A stretch of 64,000 nt of DNA from Candidatus Bathyarchaeota archaeon (GTDB lineage Archaea; Thermoproteota; Bathyarchaeia; Bathyarchaeales; Bathycorpusculaceae): assembly GCA_963827165.1 (NCBI GenBank), contig CAWGZR010000005.1, positions 352,001 through 416,000 of the forward strand, written 5' to 3'. Both the position numbers and the translations under genes were made by a program. This document shows, piece by piece, positions 60,380 to 64,000 of this stretch (position 1 is its first letter; each line of letters starts with the position of its first letter). Below the pieces are notes generated by a model. That model saw only the letters and a list, made by a program, of their open reading frames with translations, searched no databases and had not been told where the DNA came from.

Positions 60380-61042
60380 TTGTCTTCAAAAACGAGACAT
60401 GTAAAAGATAAGTGGCGTGGAAAGGCATGGTACATGGTAGTTGCACCATCCTTCTTTGGAAACGTTGAGTTAGGCTCCATTCCAGCCGAAGATCCAGAAA
60501 AGTTGATCGGCAGAGTTGTTGAAGCCACACTGTACGATATAACAGCCGATTTTTCACATCACTATTTGAAAATGTTCTTTCAAGTTAATGAGATAGACGC
60601 GAAAACAGCCAAGACCCTTTTCAAAGGTCATGAGTACTCGCGGGATTACCTGCGCAGCTTAGTCAGGAGAAGAACAACCAAAGTCGATTCACTGATAAAC
60701 CTGACCACAAAAGACGGATACAAGCTGAGAATCGCCGTTTCCGCGCTGACACTTTCAAGAATAAAAACCTCGCAGGAAAAGATAATCCGCAAAATGATGG
60801 ATAAAACAATCCATGAAAAAGCCGAAGCGTTGTCGCTTGACCAGTTCGTGCAGGAAATGGTTCTAGGGAAAATTGCTTCAGACATCTACAACCAAGCTAA
60901 AGAAGTTGCACCCCTTAGGCACGTCGGAATTAGGAAATCTAAACTTTTAGCGGCACCTCAAACTGTTGGAAAGCCGAAAGAAGCCAAAGCTGAGCCAGAA
61001 GCGGAAGCACCTTCTGAAGAAGTAGCAGAAGCCGAAGCGTAA
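60380..61042 (+). CDS. rps3ae: 30S ribosomal protein S3Ae (eS1)
   Basis: KDKW..K.WY.V.AP..F, DYLRSLVRR and PLRHVGIRKSK. Confidence 0.95.
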   Translation: MSSKTRHVKDKWRGKAWYMVVAPSFFGNVELGSIPAEDPEKLIGRVVEATLYDITADFSHHYLKMFFQVNEIDAKTAKTLFKGHEYSRDYLRSLVRRRTTKVDSLINLTTKDGYKLRIAVSALTLSRIKTSQEKIIRKMMDKTIHEKAEALSLDQFVQEMVLGKIASDIYNQAKEVAPLRHVGIRKSKLLAAPQTVGKPKEAKAEPEAEAPSEEVAEAEA

Positions 61043-61133
61043 CAACCCCTTATTTTCAAAGCCCTTCTTTAGGGCAAAATACTTTAGAAACGTTAATCTA
61101 GAAACTTTCAAACGAACAGCAGGAAGCATTGTA

Positions 61134-61592
61134 TTGTCGGCAAACTCTGGGGTCCATGAGAAAGGAAGTTTCACCGTCCAAGACGCTATCGACAATATTC
61201 GAAGGGACCCTGACTTTCCAAAAGCAGGCGCGATAGGGTTGTTCATCGGGGTAGTTCGGGCTGACACCCTCGAAGGACAAAAGGTCGAGAAACTTCAGAT
61301 AGAATCTTACGAGGAAAAAGCCGACCAAGTCCTCGGCAAAATATGCGAAGACTTGACCAAAAAACCTGGAATAGTTAATGTTCAAATTCACCATTTACTG
61401 GGTGAATTCAAAGTTGGGGACGATTTAGTTTACGTTGCAGTGGCAGGTTCCCATCGATCGGAAGTGTTCACTGTTCTCCGAGAAGCCGTTGAAAGATACA
61501 AAAGTGAAGCACCAATCTTCAAAAAAGAGCGGGTAATCACAGAAAAAGGCGCGACTGATGAATACTGGGTGTCGGAAAAACACAGTCATTAA
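61134..61592 (+). CDS. moaE: Molybdopterin synthase catalytic subunit
   Basis: GAIGLFIGVVR, H..G...VG, HRSE.F and K...PIFKKE. Confidence 0.9.
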   Translation: MSANSGVHEKGSFTVQDAIDNIRRDPDFPKAGAIGLFIGVVRADTLEGQKVEKLQIESYEEKADQVLGKICEDLTKKPGIVNVQIHHLLGEFKVGDDLVYVAVAGSHRSEVFTVLREAVERYKSEAPIFKKERVITEKGATDEYWVSEKHSH

Positions 61593-61610
61593 CTAACGTT
61601 GTGAACGCTT

Positions 61611-62528
61611 ATGATTACAGCTTTAGCCGGCGGGGTTGGAGCAGCAAGGTTTCTTACTGGTTTAACCAAGGTTGTTGGTGAAGAAGATTTGTCGGTGATT
61701 GTGAACACTGGCGACGACATGGAAATGTTCGGTTTGCACATTTCGCCAGACATTGACATCGTCTCCTACACATTAGCGGGCGTTGTTGACGAGGAGAAAG
61801 GCTGGGGGTTTAGAGGCGACACTTTCCAATGCCTCGAATCGCTCAGAAAAATGGGTTTAGAAACATGGTTTGGCATAGGCGACAAGGATTTTGCCACTCA
61901 CATTTACAGAACAGATTTGCTGCGGAAAGGTTTCACTCTTTCGAAGGTTACTGAAGAAATTAGCCGACACCTAGGATTAAAAGCGAATATCGTGCCAATG
62001 ACAAATGACAAGTTTGAAACTTGGATAAGAATCGAGGAAGGGCTGATTCATTTCGAAGAGTACTTTGTCAAGAGACAAGCCAAAGACCAGGTCTTAGGAG
62101 TCGAGTTTGTTGGCTCGGCAAAAGCCAAAACTTCGCGGCAGACGGTCGACTCAATCATGAACGCTGAGATGATAGTGATTTGCCCCAGCAACCCAATAGT
62201 TAGCATAGGCAGCATACTTTCGGTTGAAGGTATTCGAGATGCATTGAGGAAGACAAACGCCAAAATCGTCGGGATAAGCCCTATAGTTGACGGCGCCCCC
62301 ATCAAGGGTCCAGCTGATAAACTTATGCGGGCTTTAGGCTTTGAGGTTTCAGCGTTTTCCGTTGCGAAACTTTACGCGGACTTTGTTGATGCATTTGTAA
62401 TTGACACCCGGGACGTCGATGAAAAGCAAAGGATTGAAAAGTTGGGAATCAACGTTACGGTTACAAATACTTTGATGACGTGTCTGGAAGACAAAGTTAG
62501 GCTGGCTAAGTCCGTTCTGGAAAGCTAG
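61611..62528 (+). CDS. cofD: 2-phospho-L-lactate transferase (F420 biosynthesis)
   Basis: LAGGVGAARF, NTGDD, SPDID, WF.IGDKD.ATH, PSNP.VSI and GPADKLM. Confidence 0.93.
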   Translation: MITALAGGVGAARFLTGLTKVVGEEDLSVIVNTGDDMEMFGLHISPDIDIVSYTLAGVVDEEKGWGFRGDTFQCLESLRKMGLETWFGIGDKDFATHIYRTDLLRKGFTLSKVTEEISRHLGLKANIVPMTNDKFETWIRIEEGLIHFEEYFVKRQAKDQVLGVEFVGSAKAKTSRQTVDSIMNAEMIVICPSNPIVSIGSILSVEGIRDALRKTNAKIVGISPIVDGAPIKGPADKLMRALGFEVSAFSVAKLYADFVDAFVIDTRDVDEKQRIEKLGINVTVTNTLMTCLEDKVRLAKSVLES

Positions 62529-62717
62529 TTTTTGCTATTTAGAATAAGTTGCTCTCTATATACTATTAGCGCAGGTTAAATAAACCAACTAATCGAAGTT
62601 TTACTTAGAAGCCCATGCAGAAGAAAAAAACAAAAAAAGAGCGTGCGAACCATGAAACACCATGGTACTTCAACCATGTCTAAGCATGGCATAACATCTT
62701 GAACTTGAGGGGAAAAC

Positions 62718-62810
62718 TTGAAAGGTAAAATCAATGGTAAAAAGCAAGCGAAGGCTAAAAACGCCGATCTTATGGATTGGCTTTTGGCAATTGACGCGTG
62801 CGTTCCATAA
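62718..62810 (+). CDS. Putative 30-aa peptide
   Basis: TTG-started MKGKINGKKQAKAKNADLMDWLLAIDACVP*, preceded by an SD-like GAGGGG. Confidence 0.3.
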   Translation: MKGKINGKKQAKAKNADLMDWLLAIDACVP

Positions 62811-62920
62811 AACAAGTGAAAAAAGCAGATGCCAAAGGAACAAAAGAAATTCTTTGACATTTTCCTGCCGGCTCGGCATATGATAAGGGTTATATCTGCA
62901 ACTGTTTCAATACTAAGGCG

Positions 62921-63598
62921 GTGTTGAGCGTGGAAAGAAAAAGTTACGATTGGTTTGAACAGCGCCGCAAAACCAGAGGGTTGGAACTTGCACATGACCA
63001 GATTACTAAAGCCTTCGACACAGTAACATGGCTACATAAGGCAACCATGAGCTTTGCCGAGAAGAATTTTAAAGAGGCTCAGAGATACATTGACAATCTC
63101 TACAAGACTGAAGAAGGCGTTGACGCGCTTCGCACGGATGTTTTCATGGAACTATCCAAAGGAGCCGCCCTTGTCGCTGACTACCGCGAAGATCTACTTC
63201 ACTTGGTTAAACGGCTGGACACATTAGCTGACCACACCAAAGATGCTGCGCGATGCCTCGAGATGTTGTCGGGTGCAGATATTCCACAGGAGCTGAGCGA
63301 CAAGACAGTGGTCATGACTGGGAAACTTGTGGAGACCGCTCAGACTTTGAGAAATAGCATTGAGAAGATTTCGTCGAATCCTACTGAAGCGATAAATGAG
63401 GCAAAGAAAGTCGGGGAAATCGAACATGCCATCGACATTGAATACCTCAAATGCAAAAGCCTGTTTGTGAAGTACGGCGTAAACATGAACGTCGGAGCCA
63501 TGGTAATATTCGATGACTTAATCGAATTCATCGAGCAAGCCGCAGACATGTGCGCAGACACAGCAGACTATATCCTGGTACTCTCAAGCAGAGAATAG
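62921..63598 (+). CDS. DUF47 (PhoU-like) phosphate transport regulator
   Basis: EE.VD.LR...REDLL.L...LD.LAD...D and IEH.ID...IEQAAD.C.D.AD. Confidence 0.88.
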   Translation: MLSVERKSYDWFEQRRKTRGLELAHDQITKAFDTVTWLHKATMSFAEKNFKEAQRYIDNLYKTEEGVDALRTDVFMELSKGAALVADYREDLLHLVKRLDTLADHTKDAARCLEMLSGADIPQELSDKTVVMTGKLVETAQTLRNSIEKISSNPTEAINEAKKVGEIEHAIDIEYLKCKSLFVKYGVNMNVGAMVIFDDLIEFIEQAADMCADTADYILVLSSRE

Positions 63599-63704
63599 AA
63601 CCAATATTTTTTCAATTTTCAGTTTTATTTTTGTAAAATTAACTCATCGACTAAATTTGGAAGAACATTTTTAGGGGAAAAAATCTGGAAGGTTCAAATC
63701 AAAT

Positions 63705-63782
63705 TGGCGGGCCCGCTGGGATTTGAACCCAGGATTCCCGGCTCCGCAGGCCGATGCCTTGTCCGTACTAGACTACGAGCCC
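63705..63782 (-). tRNA. tRNA-Arg(GCG), CCA encoded, no intron
   Basis: GGGCTCG...TCGGC-CT-GCG-GA-GCCGG...CTGGG-TTCAAAT-CCCAG-CGGGCCC-G-CCA. Confidence 0.95.
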
Positions 63783-63864
63783 AAACATTTCTGTGCCCAA
63801 AAATTTGGGGCAGAATAGTAAATACTTTGCTTAAACTTAAAAATAGTGGTAACGCGCCAAGTAG

Positions 63865-64000
63865 TCACTTCGTTTCCTTCGGGAAAATTATCTTGAACTC
63901 AGTGCCGTCCCCAAGTTTACTTTCAAAACTCACCGCACCACCCTGCGCCTCCATGAGTCGCTTCACAACCGCCAGTCCGAAGCCTTGACCCTTGGATTTT
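63865..64000 (-). CDS. C-terminus of a sensor histidine kinase (HATPase_c), runs off the window
   Basis: KSKGQGFGLAVVKRLMEAQGGAVSFESKLGDGTEFKIIFPKETK* (G2 box). Confidence 0.85.
   Translation of the reverse strand, partial: KSKGQGFGLAVVKRLMEAQGGAVSFESKLGDGTEFKIIFPKETK

Noticed and set aside
985-63561. Numerous antisense or alternate-frame ORFs in the track (e.g. 39483-40172, 57012-57473, 23974-24408)
   Set aside because: These are shadow ORFs fully overlapping well-supported genes and have no motifs.
63704-63988. 94-aa ORF as a real gene
   Set aside because: It is made of tRNA antisense plus the antisense of a histidine kinase 3' end.
1-64000. CRISPR array, cas genes, rRNA, intact transposase or integrase
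   Set aside because: No repeat-spacer periodicity or recognisable motifs were seen. The 10-bp array has no spacers.

Overview
This is an archaeal chromosomal window, most consistent with Bathyarchaeia (TACK). That call is an inference from gene content: rps25e/rps26e/rps17e/rps3ae, an HMf-type histone, thermosome, Hel308, tetraether synthase, CofD, a tRNA with a D-arm intron and frequent TTG starts. Most genes are housekeeping or metabolic: glyA/serA, dph6 with a glutamine amidotransferase, a LonC-type protease, a split glutamate synthase operon, purB, an Fe-S assembly operon, a ~12 kb surface-glycan cluster, trpB2/trpY, pyrC, serS, moaE and cofD. There are two tRNAs, Glu-CTC (with intron) and Arg-GCG. 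Several genes carry frameshifts that look like sequencing indels (dph6, lonC, and especially 32.5-34.8 kb). The most interesting observations are: (1) an operon with an IscS that has lost most PLP/substrate residues but keeps its catalytic Cys, coupled to IscU, an intact SufS and a small unknown protein; (2) two unannotated, strongly base-paired intergenic RNA candidates (10504-10605 and 55864-56107); (3) Dph6 translationally coupled to a class I GATase; (4) a 39-aa leader ORF on the glutamate synthase operon; (5) rpo6 with an apparent ACG start; (6) TrpY with TRP boxes; (7) a 10-bp iteron-like array at the left edge. All family assignments come from motif recognition by eye; no database searches were run.
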